From a virus, in the IMG/VR virus record IMGVR_UViG_3300037510_000387: DNA of 64,000 nucleotides, one strand, 5' to 3'. Position numbers and translations under genes: made by a program. The number at the start of each line of letters is the position of its first letter. Position 1 is the stretch's first letter. Shown here piece after piece: positions 24,528-33,690 of this stretch. The notes under the pieces were generated by a model. That model ran no database searches, was not told the origin of the DNA, and saw nothing but the letters and a program-made list of their open reading frames with translations.

Positions 24528-25784
24528 TTGCCAAAGGCAAAAACGTCCACTGCACAAGCACCAACGCCAACCGCCGGAGCCGTCACATCCGGCGCCGCCG
24601 CTTCTGCACCCATCACACCGATGGGATTCGCCGGAGCCCCTCCCGGCGCACCCCCGCCCGTGATCCCGTCGTTCGATCCCGATCAGGCCGTGAGCGTGGG
24701 TCGTGCCAACAACTTCAACGGGCGCGTGATCTCACTCCTCGCGACCCCCTGGCTCGTCGAAAAGGACATCAAGGGCAAAGGCAAGATCAAGCTCTACGAG
24801 CTGTCAGCCGAGCTGAAGATCCTCGCCGACGATCACTCGCTGGGTCAGGACGGGATCGTGACCGAGTACCTCAAGATGGACCAGTTGTCGCAGTTCGTGC
24901 CCAGCCGGGTCGACCCGTACTGGAACCCTCAAACCAACCAGTGGGTGTACACGCCGGCCGGCACCGTGGGCGGGCAACCGGCAACTCTCGAAACCTATCT
25001 CGCGCTCGCCAACGGCCAGAACGGGTTCCCGAGCAGTGAGATGGACCCGGCGACGGGCCAGCCCAAGTGGGCGCACACTCCGCCCGAAGACTGGAAAGGT
25101 TTCTTCGTGATCCCGGGTCCGGCCTGCGCGCGCACCGGGCTCATGAAAGGCACGAAGTTCCAGCACTTCACGAGTGAGTTGAAGCGGTTGGGGTATCGCA
25201 CGATGGCGCCGCACATCAACTGGGCCGACTTCCGGCAGTTCCTCGTCGGCGTGTATGGGACGTGGGTGCGGCTGCCGTTCACGTTCACGGGGGGCACGGC
25301 TCCGGCGGGAAGCGAGAAAGGTGGATCAATCGAGACCCTGTGCCTCACGCAGGTGCTGGATCTGGGGCCGATTTCGGGGGCTGGCGGGCCGCAGCAGCCC
25401 CAGGCAGGGAATCCGGTGTCGGTCGCGGCAGTGCCCGTGACCCCGGCGCCCGTCGTTGCCACACCCGCTCCTATTCCTGCTGCTGTTCCGGCGGCTCAAC
25501 CCATCGTGGCAGGGGGTGTGACGACCGGCCTTACTCTCGAAGCCGAAAACCCCGAAGTCTCCCAAGCGGCCAACGAAATCCTTACGGCTCTGGTCGCCGC
25601 CAAAGGGCAGGTTGGAATCCAAGAGGCCGGCAACCATCTTTACGAGACGCTCAACCAGCGTGGGCTCAATGGTGGCAAGGGCCTGATCCTCATCAACAGT
25701 CGTGACGATGCCGGGTGGATGGTGGGGGACAACCGCACGTTCGCGTTCGATCAGGCAAAGGCGATACTGCTCCCTTTGAGCTAG
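24528..25784 (+). CDS. hypothetical replication-module protein (possible ssDNA-binding protein)
   Basis: AAAGGAG RBS with TTG start; beta-rich core, Pro/Ala linkers, small C-terminal helical domain; function inferred from context only. Confidence 0.7.
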   Translation: MPKAKTSTAQAPTPTAGAVTSGAAASAPITPMGFAGAPPGAPPPVIPSFDPDQAVSVGRANNFNGRVISLLATPWLVEKDIKGKGKIKLYELSAELKILADDHSLGQDGIVTEYLKMDQLSQFVPSRVDPYWNPQTNQWVYTPAGTVGGQPATLETYLALANGQNGFPSSEMDPATGQPKWAHTPPEDWKGFFVIPGPACARTGLMKGTKFQHFTSELKRLGYRTMAPHINWADFRQFLVGVYGTWVRLPFTFTGGTAPAGSEKGGSIETLCLTQVLDLGPISGAGGPQQPQAGNPVSVAAVPVTPAPVVATPAPIPAAVPAAQPIVAGGVTTGLTLEAENPEVSQAANEILTALVAAKGQVGIQEAGNHLYETLNQRGLNGGKGLILINSRDDAGWMVGDNRTFAFDQAKAILLPLS

Positions 25785-25886
25785 ACGGGGCCGAAAAGCG
25801 CGGGGTTCCGGGGCCGCCAGCGGGACGTGAAGGAATGGGTGGGCTTGGGCAACTGGCGGCGTTCGATCAACAAAAGGAGGATCACC

Positions 25887-26033
25887 ATGAAGCGCAAAGA
25901 GAAGTCGAACGCTCAAGAGATCAAAGCCTCGCGGAAGCGGGGGTTTCGCGGCGTCTCGGTTCCGTGTTGTGGGGGCCGGGCGCTGATAAACTCGCACAGC
26001 GCGATCGTCAATGCCCAGCGGAGGTCGGTGTAG
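25887..26033 (+). CDS. small basic hypothetical protein
   Basis: AAAAGGAGG RBS. Confidence 0.5.
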   Translation: MKRKEKSNAQEIKASRKRGFRGVSVPCCGGRALINSHSAIVNAQRRSV

Positions 26034-26084
26034 GACCAACGTTGGCGGTGTATCAATCAACATATGAACCGGAAGGAGCACCCG

Positions 26085-26252
26085 ATGACCGCAGCGGAAC
26101 ACATCATGGCGATCCAGAGGGATTGCAATCCGGGCAAAATGGACAGCCACACAGCGCTGGAGTTCTTGGGGGATATCGTGTCAGCACTGGAGGCGTCGAT
26201 CGAAGCGCTGGAGGACGAGATGAGCGAGCAGGACGAGGAGGATGGGGCGTGA
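26085..26252 (+). CDS. small acidic hypothetical protein
   Basis: AAGGAG RBS. Confidence 0.6.
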   Translation: MTAAEHIMAIQRDCNPGKMDSHTALEFLGDIVSALEASIEALEDEMSEQDEEDGA

Positions 26253-26536
26253 GCAGAGCCAACGCACTGGGCGAGCAGGGCCTGCACATCGTCAAACGTG
26301 CTGGTGAACAGTCCCGCGAGATCGATCGTGCAGCGCGACGTGCCCGAGTCGAGGAGCTGAGCACACGGCCGACGCCGGGCACCTCGAACCTGCTCACCGA
26401 AAACCGGCCGCTCGACGAGGAGCATCACGGTGTCAATCGCGAAGGAAAGCCCGGGACGATCCGGGTTTACGATCTGGTCGGGGCCGCGCCGATCCATTGG
26501 TTTCGGCCTCGGGCAGGGGACAGAAAGGACAAGTAG
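26249..26536 (+). CDS. hypothetical protein
   Basis: GTGA overlap; GAGGAGG RBS. Confidence 0.55.
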   Translation: MSRANALGEQGLHIVKRAGEQSREIDRAARRARVEELSTRPTPGTSNLLTENRPLDEEHHGVNREGKPGTIRVYDLVGAAPIHWFRPRAGDRKDK

Positions 26537-26540
26537 CATC

Positions 26541-27368
26541 ATGGCTCAACACACGTTCACGTCGGGTCCGCCCGACGACCAATTCACAATCCCTCTCACG
26601 CCGCCAGCCGGCGCCACCGCTCTTGTGATCCGCGCCGTGCTGCACCGGCCGGCCAACGACACCACGAACGCCACGTATCGCCTGCTCCACCTGCGCCGCA
26701 AGGGAGTCGCGCGCATCCCCATGGCCGAGATCTGCGAGCTGCTCCTCAACAACTCGACGGGCGTGTTCACCGTGGCGTTCTCGGGGTTCGGGCAGAAAAA
26801 AGCGCACACGCAGCCGCAGCACCTGGGCAAGGTCCAGGGCCAGGACATCCCGGTTGTGGTGACGGTGCCTCTGCCGGGCGCGCCGACGATGACGGCCTCG
26901 ATCGCGGTCGGGGGGCTCTCGGGTTCGGCGATTCCTGACGTCGCCACCATGCAGAAGCAAGACAACTCGGGTCCGGTGTGGGCGCATGGCGACGAGCTGG
27001 AGCTGGTATCGGGATTCGAGGGTGAGGGCGATCTCAAGCCCCCGGCCGGATGGACGATGACCTGGGCCGATGATGGGAGCGCCGTGCAGTGGGTAGGGGC
27101 AGCCGGAACGAGCACGGCACCCACGCCAACGCCGACGCCTACGCCTACACAACCGGCGCCAGCTCCGTCACCAACTCCAGCCCCAGTTCCCACGCCCGCT
27201 TCCGCGACGCCGCCGCCGCCGTCGCCCACGGCCGATCTCAAGTCCCAGCTCGTCACCGATCTCAAGGCCCTGGCTCTCAAATACGGCACGGCCGAAGCCC
27301 AGGCCGCGGGCATCGACCCGTTGTGGGTGTTCTTCATCGAGGCCCTTCTGACGAAGGTGAAGGTGTAG
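26541..27368 (+). CDS. beta-rich domain + Pro/Thr linker + C-terminal amphipathic helix protein
   Basis: AAAGGA RBS; (PT)n linker; ends LWVFFIEALLTKVKV. Confidence 0.75.
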   Translation: MAQHTFTSGPPDDQFTIPLTPPAGATALVIRAVLHRPANDTTNATYRLLHLRRKGVARIPMAEICELLLNNSTGVFTVAFSGFGQKKAHTQPQHLGKVQGQDIPVVVTVPLPGAPTMTASIAVGGLSGSAIPDVATMQKQDNSGPVWAHGDELELVSGFEGEGDLKPPAGWTMTWADDGSAVQWVGAAGTSTAPTPTPTPTPTQPAPAPSPTPAPVPTPASATPPPPSPTADLKSQLVTDLKALALKYGTAEAQAAGIDPLWVFFIEALLTKVKV

Positions 27369-27372
27369 GGCC

Positions 27373-27975
27373 ATGGGTGATCTCGGGCGAGCATTATATG
27401 ATCGCGGATTCGTGCAGGTTCGGTACATGGACACGAGCGCTGGACACCCAGGAACGCTCATAGCGAGACCTTTCCTGCCGGGCGGCGAGACGCCAAAGAT
27501 GCGCTACGGCACTGATCTTAAGATGATCGAATACCTGCCCAACCAGTACACGGGGAGCCACAGCACGGCGAGCCCAGGCAGGCCGGGCAACTTCATGGCG
27601 ACGTCGCTCGTGTACCAGGTGTTCGCGAAGATGGGTCAGACGGTGACGCCGGACGTGTGGGACCTGTTGGACCTGGATATGGTGTGCCGGCCGGACGGGT
27701 ACTCGGCGACCTGGTGGGTGCTCGATCAGGCGATGGCGTTGGGGTTGGCCGCGCCGCCAGTGGCAGTGCCCGTGGTCGATCCGCCGGCTCCAGTCGTACC
27801 TCCCGTGCTTCCGGCGCCTCCTCCGGTGGCGGTGCCGTCTACGCCGACCACAGGACTCAGCACGCCCGAACAGCGCGTTGACGAACTGTGGGCATGGATT
27901 GGGCAGCAGTGGCCGATCGTGCGACCGGTCGCGATACAGGCACTCAAGATGTTTCGGAAGGCGGTTGGCAAGTGA
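27373..27975 (+). CDS. domain + Pro/Val linker + C-terminal amphipathic helix protein
   Basis: ends LWAWIGQQWPIVRPVAIQALKMFRKAVGK. Confidence 0.75.
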   Translation: MGDLGRALYDRGFVQVRYMDTSAGHPGTLIARPFLPGGETPKMRYGTDLKMIEYLPNQYTGSHSTASPGRPGNFMATSLVYQVFAKMGQTVTPDVWDLLDLDMVCRPDGYSATWWVLDQAMALGLAAPPVAVPVVDPPAPVVPPVLPAPPPVAVPSTPTTGLSTPEQRVDELWAWIGQQWPIVRPVAIQALKMFRKAVGK

Positions 27976-28157
27976 GAGTTGCCGGCGCTGTTCTTTGTCT
28001 GCTGCTCGCACTGGTCTGTCTTGGGTCGTTCGGGGCGCAGGTACTGGTCTCCGTGGAGCCTGTCGTCGGCCGAGTGATCTTCGCGGTCATCGACCTTGCC
28101 GGCGCTATAGCCTGGAGTGGGCTCGGAATCCGACACTGGAGGAAGGGCCGCTCGTGA
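27972..28157 (+). CDS. small two-TM membrane protein
   Basis: two hydrophobic segments and a basic C-terminus; GTGA overlaps at both ends. Confidence 0.65.
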   Translation: MRVAGAVLCLLLALVCLGSFGAQVLVSVEPVVGRVIFAVIDLAGAIAWSGLGIRHWRKGRS

Positions 28158-28804
28158 CTGCTCCCGCTCGCCTGATCCGCGAAGGCTTCCCGGCGCTCTT
28201 GCCGCAAGACAGAGCGCCGGGACGCCACCTTTCCGACATCACGCGCGACATCTGCGCCGGGCTCGGCGACTTCGACCCGGACGGTGACCCGCCAATCCAG
28301 CTCATGCGGCTCGGGCTGACGATGGAATGGGGCCTCTCGTTTCAACTCATGCACCACTATCCCGGCCGATACTTCCGGACTTGGAATCCAAAATGGGAGT
28401 GTTGGCAGTGCGGGCTTCAGGTCCAAAAAGACGGGATCTGGATGAACCTCGATCTTCTTAACCTGGGCGAAGAGCCCGGTGTTGCGATTGTCGAGGACGC
28501 CAAGATGACCCGTAAGAGCAAGAAACATCCGCACGACGAACAGTTGGCTGGCGGTGGGCTTGCATGGGGCCCGAAGTGGAGAGAGGCGTGGATGAGAGTG
28601 GCCGGGTACTGCTGGGCTATCAACGCCAGAGTCGGACGGTTGTGGATCGCAAATGTTTTCGATTACTCGGAACGGTTCGGGGGAGATGTGACGGCCGGCT
28701 GTTGGGAGAGACGGTGGGATACGCCGGAAGGGGAAAAAGAGCTTGAGCAAAATTGGGGCGTGATTGTGCGGCACGAAAGGACCATGGCGCCATGCCAACG
28801 CTAG
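28154..28804 (+). CDS. PD-(D/E)XK-family exonuclease (RecB/Cas4-like)
   Basis: RHLSDI...EWG...LDLL...IVEDAKMT...VAGYC pattern. Confidence 0.7.
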   Translation: MTAPARLIREGFPALLPQDRAPGRHLSDITRDICAGLGDFDPDGDPPIQLMRLGLTMEWGLSFQLMHHYPGRYFRTWNPKWECWQCGLQVQKDGIWMNLDLLNLGEEPGVAIVEDAKMTRKSKKHPHDEQLAGGGLAWGPKWREAWMRVAGYCWAINARVGRLWIANVFDYSERFGGDVTAGCWERRWDTPEGEKELEQNWGVIVRHERTMAPCQR

Positions 28805-28998
28805 CCAATAAAAAATCATTCCAGGCCAAAGTTGTTGAGAGAGTCGAGGACTGTCTAAATGGGCGGTCTGGGCTCGGATGGGACAACCTTGACGAGGAGA
28901 CACTACAGTCTGTCCGTGACGAGGTTGGGTACGAGATCTGTCGGACCATTCGCGAAGAGTTGGACGATAGGATTATTGACTTGCTGGAACTTCCATAA
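28792..28998 (+). CDS. hypothetical protein
   Basis: AAAGGA RBS. Confidence 0.55.
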   Translation: MPTLANKKSFQAKVVERVEDCLNGRSGLGWDNLDEETLQSVRDEVGYEICRTIREELDDRIIDLLELP

Positions 28999-29025
28999 AC
29001 AGCACTTACCAAGAGGAGGTCTCCC

Positions 29026-29337
29026 GTGTTGAGAGAGTTTTCTGTTCGACTCTGCACCAGCACACCAACCAACGACGGATACCAGTTCATCGTGCCCGTG
29101 CGCGCCGGGACGCCAGAGATGGCCGAACGGTACGCCAAGAAGTTTATCGAGGAGTTCTATGGGGTGACGGTCAAGCACACGATCGTTCGGTACAAAGGGA
29201 GAGCGCTGCCGACCTGGTGCAGCGGCCAGCGGGTCAAGCGGACGGCGCCGATCAAGGCTCCGCAGAAGCCGACTGTTGCACAGGTCCAGCGAATTAACCT
29301 GCGAGAAACAGCGAGCAGGGCACAGGTGGCGGCGTGA
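29026..29337 (+). CDS. hypothetical protein
   Basis: GAGGAGG RBS. Confidence 0.6.
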   Translation: MLREFSVRLCTSTPTNDGYQFIVPVRAGTPEMAERYAKKFIEEFYGVTVKHTIVRYKGRALPTWCSGQRVKRTAPIKAPQKPTVAQVQRINLRETASRAQVAA

Positions 29338-29642
29338 TAACCTCAATCACAACCATGGACCCAACAACCGGCATTCGGCGCACGGTGTCGCTCGCGGGCT
29401 CTGGCCTCAACGGCACGCACCGGCATCTGGCCGTAACCGCTAAGCACCGACGTACCGAGCCGTTGATGGAGGACGGCGTGCAGATAGGCTGGCACACGGA
29501 GCACGAGCACTGGTGCTTGCAGTGGGCCGAGCGCGTTGGGTGCGGGACGAGCTACGAGCCGCCGATCGAGGAGGGGTTTCGCACGAAGCGCGAGGCCACG
29601 GAACGCAAACGGGAGATCTATAAGGAGCTTGGCTGGCAATGA
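29334..29642 (+). CDS. hypothetical protein
   Basis: GTGA/ATGA overlaps. Confidence 0.6.
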   Translation: MITSITTMDPTTGIRRTVSLAGSGLNGTHRHLAVTAKHRRTEPLMEDGVQIGWHTEHEHWCLQWAERVGCGTSYEPPIEEGFRTKREATERKREIYKELGWQ

Positions 29643-29947
29643 TCCCTCTGATAAGAGCAACTAATCACAACGCTTATCATTCGGGCGAGTGGGCTCGAAT
29701 CCGTGGTCTGGTGGTCGTGAATCCGCTTGCCGAACCTGCTGGCAAGCCAAGCCAGCTTGGCTCTCGAATCTGCTATGAAGTCGAATTCATCAACGGCGAT
29801 ATCGACACTTGGCCAATCGAAGATCTTTCCGCAGGGTACGAATTTCAGCCGACCATTCACGACGGAAAGGGGTGCGCCTATATGATCCGAGTGAACCAGC
29901 CCCATAGCGGGCAATCCGATCCGGGGGCTGCCGATGCCCAAGGCTAG
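29639..29947 (+). CDS. hypothetical protein
   Basis: AYHSGEWARI...CYEVEF..GDID.W motif; ATGA overlap. Confidence 0.65.
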   Translation: MIPLIRATNHNAYHSGEWARIRGLVVVNPLAEPAGKPSQLGSRICYEVEFINGDIDTWPIEDLSAGYEFQPTIHDGKGCAYMIRVNQPHSGQSDPGAADAQG

Positions 29948-30983
29948 CGCGCCCTCGATGCCCGTGTCCGTGCCCGTTACCGCTGGAGGACTCGTTGGTC
30001 CTTCCCCTGGCGGCCTTGTCCCTGCCGCTGCTCGTCCGTCGTCACTGGCCGTGCCCTCGTCGCCCGGACTGCGTGCGGCCCCCAACGGCCAGCAAACTCC
30101 GGAAACGGCCGGATCCGATTTCGTGGTGCTCACTGCCCCAGCTCGCACCACAGTGGGCATGGTGTTCGCCAAAGACGGGGACGGGAAAACTTTTTTCTGT
30201 GTCAACTACTGCCCGCAGCCCGTGGTCGTGATCGGACTCGATGGTCGAGGCGAGCCCCCCATTCTCAACGCGATCCGTAGCGGTCGCAAGGTTTTCTACC
30301 TGGACGCCAGCACTCCGTTCAACGTGATGGAAATGGAGCACGAGCAGGCACAGGCCGCTGCCCAGGAATCTCTCCACCTCATCACCCGCAACTATGAGTG
30401 GGCCGTCGAGAAGAGCATCAAGGAATGGGGCAAGGGAACGCTGGTCATCGACACGACGTCGGAGTTTCGAGACATCGCCCGGACAGCGGTGCGCGGACGA
30501 GTTGACCGTCCCAACCCCAGGACCGGCGAGCGCGGGGACTTCGGCAAGTCAGACGCGCTCATCAACCGCACCATGAAGTACGTGATGGATCGGGCTCGGC
30601 AGTCTAACCTCAATCTGATCTTGTTGGCGCGGTCCAAGCCGGTGTACGAGGGGCGCGAGGACACGGGCCGGATCACGTTTGACACCGACAAGGTGTTTAC
30701 GCAGGGTGTCGACTGGATTGTCGAGTACCGGAAAGTGGTGGGAATGGGAATGTTGGGCGGGTTGAGTGGGCCGATGGTTGGCGGTGGACTGGTGGGGAAC
30801 GTGGGAGGTCCGGTGGCACCAAGCACAATCAGCTACGAGATCGCCGTGACGAGCCCGAAGCTGGTGCATGCTGAGACGGGCGCCGTGTACCGGCAGACCG
30901 AGTGGGAAGCAGCCGGCGTGGGTCCATTTGCCTACCTGTGCGAGAAGGTTGTGCCGGGATCAACCGTGGAGGACTGGAAATGA
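29934..30983 (+). CDS. AAA-family P-loop ATPase (AAA_24/Sak4-like)
   Basis: variant Walker A AKDGDGKT; Walker B TLVIDTTSE; NLILLAR. Confidence 0.75.
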   Translation: MPKASAPSMPVSVPVTAGGLVGPSPGGLVPAAARPSSLAVPSSPGLRAAPNGQQTPETAGSDFVVLTAPARTTVGMVFAKDGDGKTFFCVNYCPQPVVVIGLDGRGEPPILNAIRSGRKVFYLDASTPFNVMEMEHEQAQAAAQESLHLITRNYEWAVEKSIKEWGKGTLVIDTTSEFRDIARTAVRGRVDRPNPRTGERGDFGKSDALINRTMKYVMDRARQSNLNLILLARSKPVYEGREDTGRITFDTDKVFTQGVDWIVEYRKVVGMGMLGGLSGPMVGGGLVGNVGGPVAPSTISYEIAVTSPKLVHAETGAVYRQTEWEAAGVGPFAYLCEKVVPGSTVEDWK

Positions 30984-31153
30984 GCAGCGAGCTGAAACGC
31001 AAACCGCTGTGGTTACGTCTACGCCAGCGCTACCACAACTGGCGGCAGCGCGCGCTGATACGAATCGGTATCTGCCAGAATTGTGGTTGGCGGTGGGCTG
31101 GCGGCGAGCACTGCTGCAACCGTTGCTATTGGGAGTTATTGGGGGGATATTGA
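30980..31153 (+). CDS. small zinc-finger protein
   Basis: CQNC...CCNRC; ATGA overlap. Confidence 0.6.
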   Translation: MSSELKRKPLWLRLRQRYHNWRQRALIRIGICQNCGWRWAGGEHCCNRCYWELLGGY

Positions 31154-31154
31154 C

Positions 31155-31340
31155 GTGACTGACGAACAGTTCCTACTTCTTTGCACACTTTTCATGGTAT
31201 CCGACCCGTGGCCGCTGTCGTCCGAAGAGCACAGAGCAGCCGAGCAGTTTCTCGACGAGGAGGCTCAGCGCCGTGGCTGGAAAGACTGGCTGGGCGCATA
31301 CCACAAGGAGCCCAAAGAGGAACATGTCGAGCCATGCTGA
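31155..31340 (+). CDS. hypothetical protein
   Basis: GTG start directly after the previous stop. Confidence 0.55.
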   Translation: MTDEQFLLLCTLFMVSDPWPLSSEEHRAAEQFLDEEAQRRGWKDWLGAYHKEPKEEHVEPC

Positions 31341-32218
31341 TGCTCGACAAGCGCGACGGCTCGTACCCGTTCGCCAAGCTGGAGCCCGTGCGTTCGCTCC
31401 TCGCCCCGTGCTCGACATGCGGCGGAGTCGGCTCGATCGCCAACCAGACGTGCGGGTCTTGCCGCGGTACCGGCCGTCGCCTATCCCGCATCACCACGAC
31501 CGACTCCGAAGGCGGCCCCGACGTCCTGATCGTGGGCAACGGGCCCGCCAATCGCTCCCTGCTCATCGCTGTTGAGCTGAAAGACATCAGGGACCTTCTC
31601 TCTTCCGCTCGCACCGGCCGCCTCCAGTCCGCCACCGAGGGCCAGCTCCCGGCCATGCTCGCCGACTACGACCAGTCGTGGCTGTGCTGGTACGGGGCCG
31701 TGCGCTGGGGTGAGGATGGCAACCTCGAAACCCCGGTCGGCAAGGGGCCGGGTGGACAGTGCTTGTGGGGCCCGTTCACACACAATGGCTCGCGAGACGG
31801 GAAGGCCGTGACGAACGACTACCTCGACGGGCTGCTGTTAGCGGTGGCGGCCATGGGGGTCCTCGTGCACAGGGTCCACAACGAACGCCAGGCGGCCCGG
31901 TGGTTGGGTGCCCTGCACAGGTACTGGACCAAGGGCTATGAGGAGCACGGGTTCACACGGACGTTCAACCAGGCGCCGAGGTTCCCCCAAACGGTGCAGA
32001 TCGAGGGGCTGACGAACGGCGAGGCCCAAAAGGTGCTGGCCAGGGCGCGTCGTGTGTTCGACCGTTATCCAGGGTTGGGGATGGAACGGGCGTTGGCCGC
32101 GGCCCGGCATTTCGCGAGTGTGCGGGAGATGGCCAACGCCGACGAGAAGGAATGGATGAAGGTGCCGGGGATCGGCAAGGTGCTGGCCCCGCAGATCGTC
32201 AAGGGATTTAACGAATAG
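31334..32218 (+). CDS. ERCC4 (XPF/Mus81)-family structure-specific nuclease with HhH and inserted DnaJ-type zinc finger
   Basis: LDKRD, PDVLI, VELKDIRDLLSS..GRL..Q; CSTCGGVG/CGSCRGTG; C-terminal VPGIGKVLA HhH. Confidence 0.8.
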   Translation: MLMLDKRDGSYPFAKLEPVRSLLAPCSTCGGVGSIANQTCGSCRGTGRRLSRITTTDSEGGPDVLIVGNGPANRSLLIAVELKDIRDLLSSARTGRLQSATEGQLPAMLADYDQSWLCWYGAVRWGEDGNLETPVGKGPGGQCLWGPFTHNGSRDGKAVTNDYLDGLLLAVAAMGVLVHRVHNERQAARWLGALHRYWTKGYEEHGFTRTFNQAPRFPQTVQIEGLTNGEAQKVLARARRVFDRYPGLGMERALAAARHFASVREMANADEKEWMKVPGIGKVLAPQIVKGFNE

Positions 32219-32245
32219 CCACAACGACAAAGGAAGGAGACCGCC

Positions 32246-32618
32246 ATGGGATTCGGATTTATCGTCGCAATGCCGCAGGGACAGGCGGAAAGAGCCTGCC
32301 GAGCAGTGGGACCTGACCAAATACGACCAGCTCAGCTCGATGGCCGCCAAGTTCAAGGAGATGGGTGATACGATCGGCATCCACCTCTGCGCGATCGTCG
32401 AGGAAGAGATGCGGGCCGTCGATCGTGGCGAGCGCAAGTGCCGGTGCCTCGGGGGCTTCTACCTGGCCCTGGCCTACAACCGCATGTGCGACGGCGCCGA
32501 CCACGAGCTGGCCCATCTGCTGCTGCCCCAGATCCAGGACCTGATGCGCGAAGCAGGCCACAAGGCACAGATGGAACGGCTCAAGGCGGAAGTGGCTGAC
32601 GTCGAGTTGGGCACCTAA
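32246..32618 (+). pseudogene. hypothetical gene with apparent +1 frameshift near 32289-32291
   Basis: Strong RBS at 32246, but that frame stops after 40 aa. Removing one A in GCG GAA A GAG joins it to the 32340-32618 frame (MGFGFIVAMPQGQAEEPAEQWDLTKYDQLSSMAAKF...). Confidence 0.45.
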
Positions 32619-32659
32619 CACCCAGCACGCGATAAATCGGCAGTTTGATGGCTGGGTGC

Positions 32660-32688
32660 TTGACGTTCGCGTTGGACCGTGCTACGGT
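32660..32688 (+). promoter_or_regulatory. sigma70-like promoter
   Basis: TTGACG-17nt-TACGGT with TG extension. Confidence 0.6.
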
Positions 32689-32783
32689 GGCAGCAGATTG
32701 GCCAACCAGCCCGAGCCCAACGCACAACGCGATCGGCAACGGGCGCCACACCGACCACACGATTCGCGAAAAGGAGATCTCCC

Positions 32784-33347
32784 ATGGCAAAGGCGAAGAC
32801 CCCGACGACCAACGGCGGCACCAACACGGCGGGCGATGGCACGACCACGGCCACGTCCAAGAAGACTCGCGGCCCCAGTGACCCCGCGACCACGGTTTAC
32901 TGGAACGACGAGCGCAAAACCGCCCTTCTGGCCCTGCTCTACAGCCGGCCGGGCCAGCTCACCGGTTCTCAGGTCGCGCAGTCCCTCGCCAACCACCCGG
33001 CGTTCGTCGACCAACAGCAGGTCATGTTGAGCGATCTGCGCAAGGTGGGCGAGAAGATCCGGCAGCAGGTCAACAAGCTGGCCACCGTGGCCAAGGAGAA
33101 GGGGCACCCTGAGCCGCAGCTCCGGCGCGCGCAGACGGGTCATGGAAACATCGACAACGTGTTCGCCCAGGCGTTGGCGCAGGTGGGCATCGGGCAGACC
33201 CAGCCTCAGACCCAGCCGATGGCGGGCACGGCGGCCACGAATCAGGGCACGGGCCTCGTCGGTGGCGGCGTTCCGCTGGTTCCGGTCGGCACGGGCAACC
33301 TGGCGGTCGGTGGTAGTGGCCTGATCCCGGTGCCGCCGGGCTCGTAA
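32784..33347 (+). CDS. putative HTH (GcrA-N/Myb-like) DNA-binding protein
   Basis: AAAAGGAG RBS; YWNDERKTALLALL...LTGSQVAQSL; own promoter and terminator. Confidence 0.6.
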   Translation: MAKAKTPTTNGGTNTAGDGTTTATSKKTRGPSDPATTVYWNDERKTALLALLYSRPGQLTGSQVAQSLANHPAFVDQQQVMLSDLRKVGEKIRQQVNKLATVAKEKGHPEPQLRRAQTGHGNIDNVFAQALAQVGIGQTQPQTQPMAGTAATNQGTGLVGGGVPLVPVGTGNLAVGGSGLIPVPPGS

Positions 33348-33395
33348 GGCGCAAGGCACAAAGCAGCAAGGTCTCAACGCGGACCCCTCTCCCAA

Positions 33396-33428
33396 AGGCC
33401 CCGGCCAGTAACCGGGGCCTCTTTTTTT
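33396..33428 (+). terminator. intrinsic terminator
   Basis: AGGCCCCGG-CCAGTAA-CCGGGGCCT followed by CTTTTTTT. Confidence 0.9.
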
Positions 33429-33449
33429 GCCCCAAGCGTGGATTCGAGC

Positions 33450-33478
33450 TTGACTTCCGTGGAGTCGCGGCGTATGAT
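33450..33478 (+). promoter_or_regulatory. sigma70-like promoter; leaderless transcript likely
   Basis: TTGACT-17nt-TATGAT; ATG lies 9 nt downstream with no RBS. Confidence 0.75.
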
Positions 33479-33486
33479 CCCTCTCC

Positions 33487-33690
33487 ATGGAAGCCCCAAT
33501 ACCCAAACCCGCAGTCCAGAATCTTCGTACGAAGGAAGAGATCGCCGACTATCTGTTGGCACGCACCGACGAGCTGTTTGCTCAGCGGGACGGTTTTGCT
33601 AGACAGTCGTTGATTAAGGCCCTGGCGCTCGCGACGGCTGAGGTTTTGGCTGGGATGAGCAGCCGGATCGAGGGGAAACGTCCGTGGTAG
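33487..33690 (+). CDS. hypothetical protein
   Basis: leaderless ATG after the promoter. Confidence 0.6.
   Translation: MEAPIPKPAVQNLRTKEEIADYLLARTDELFAQRDGFARQSLIKALALATAEVLAGMSSRIEGKRPW

Noticed and set aside
27115-27230. Short tandem DNA repeat (CCAACG/CCGACG/CCTACG)
   Set aside because: It simply encodes the Pro-Thr linker of the 26541 protein, with varied synonymous codons
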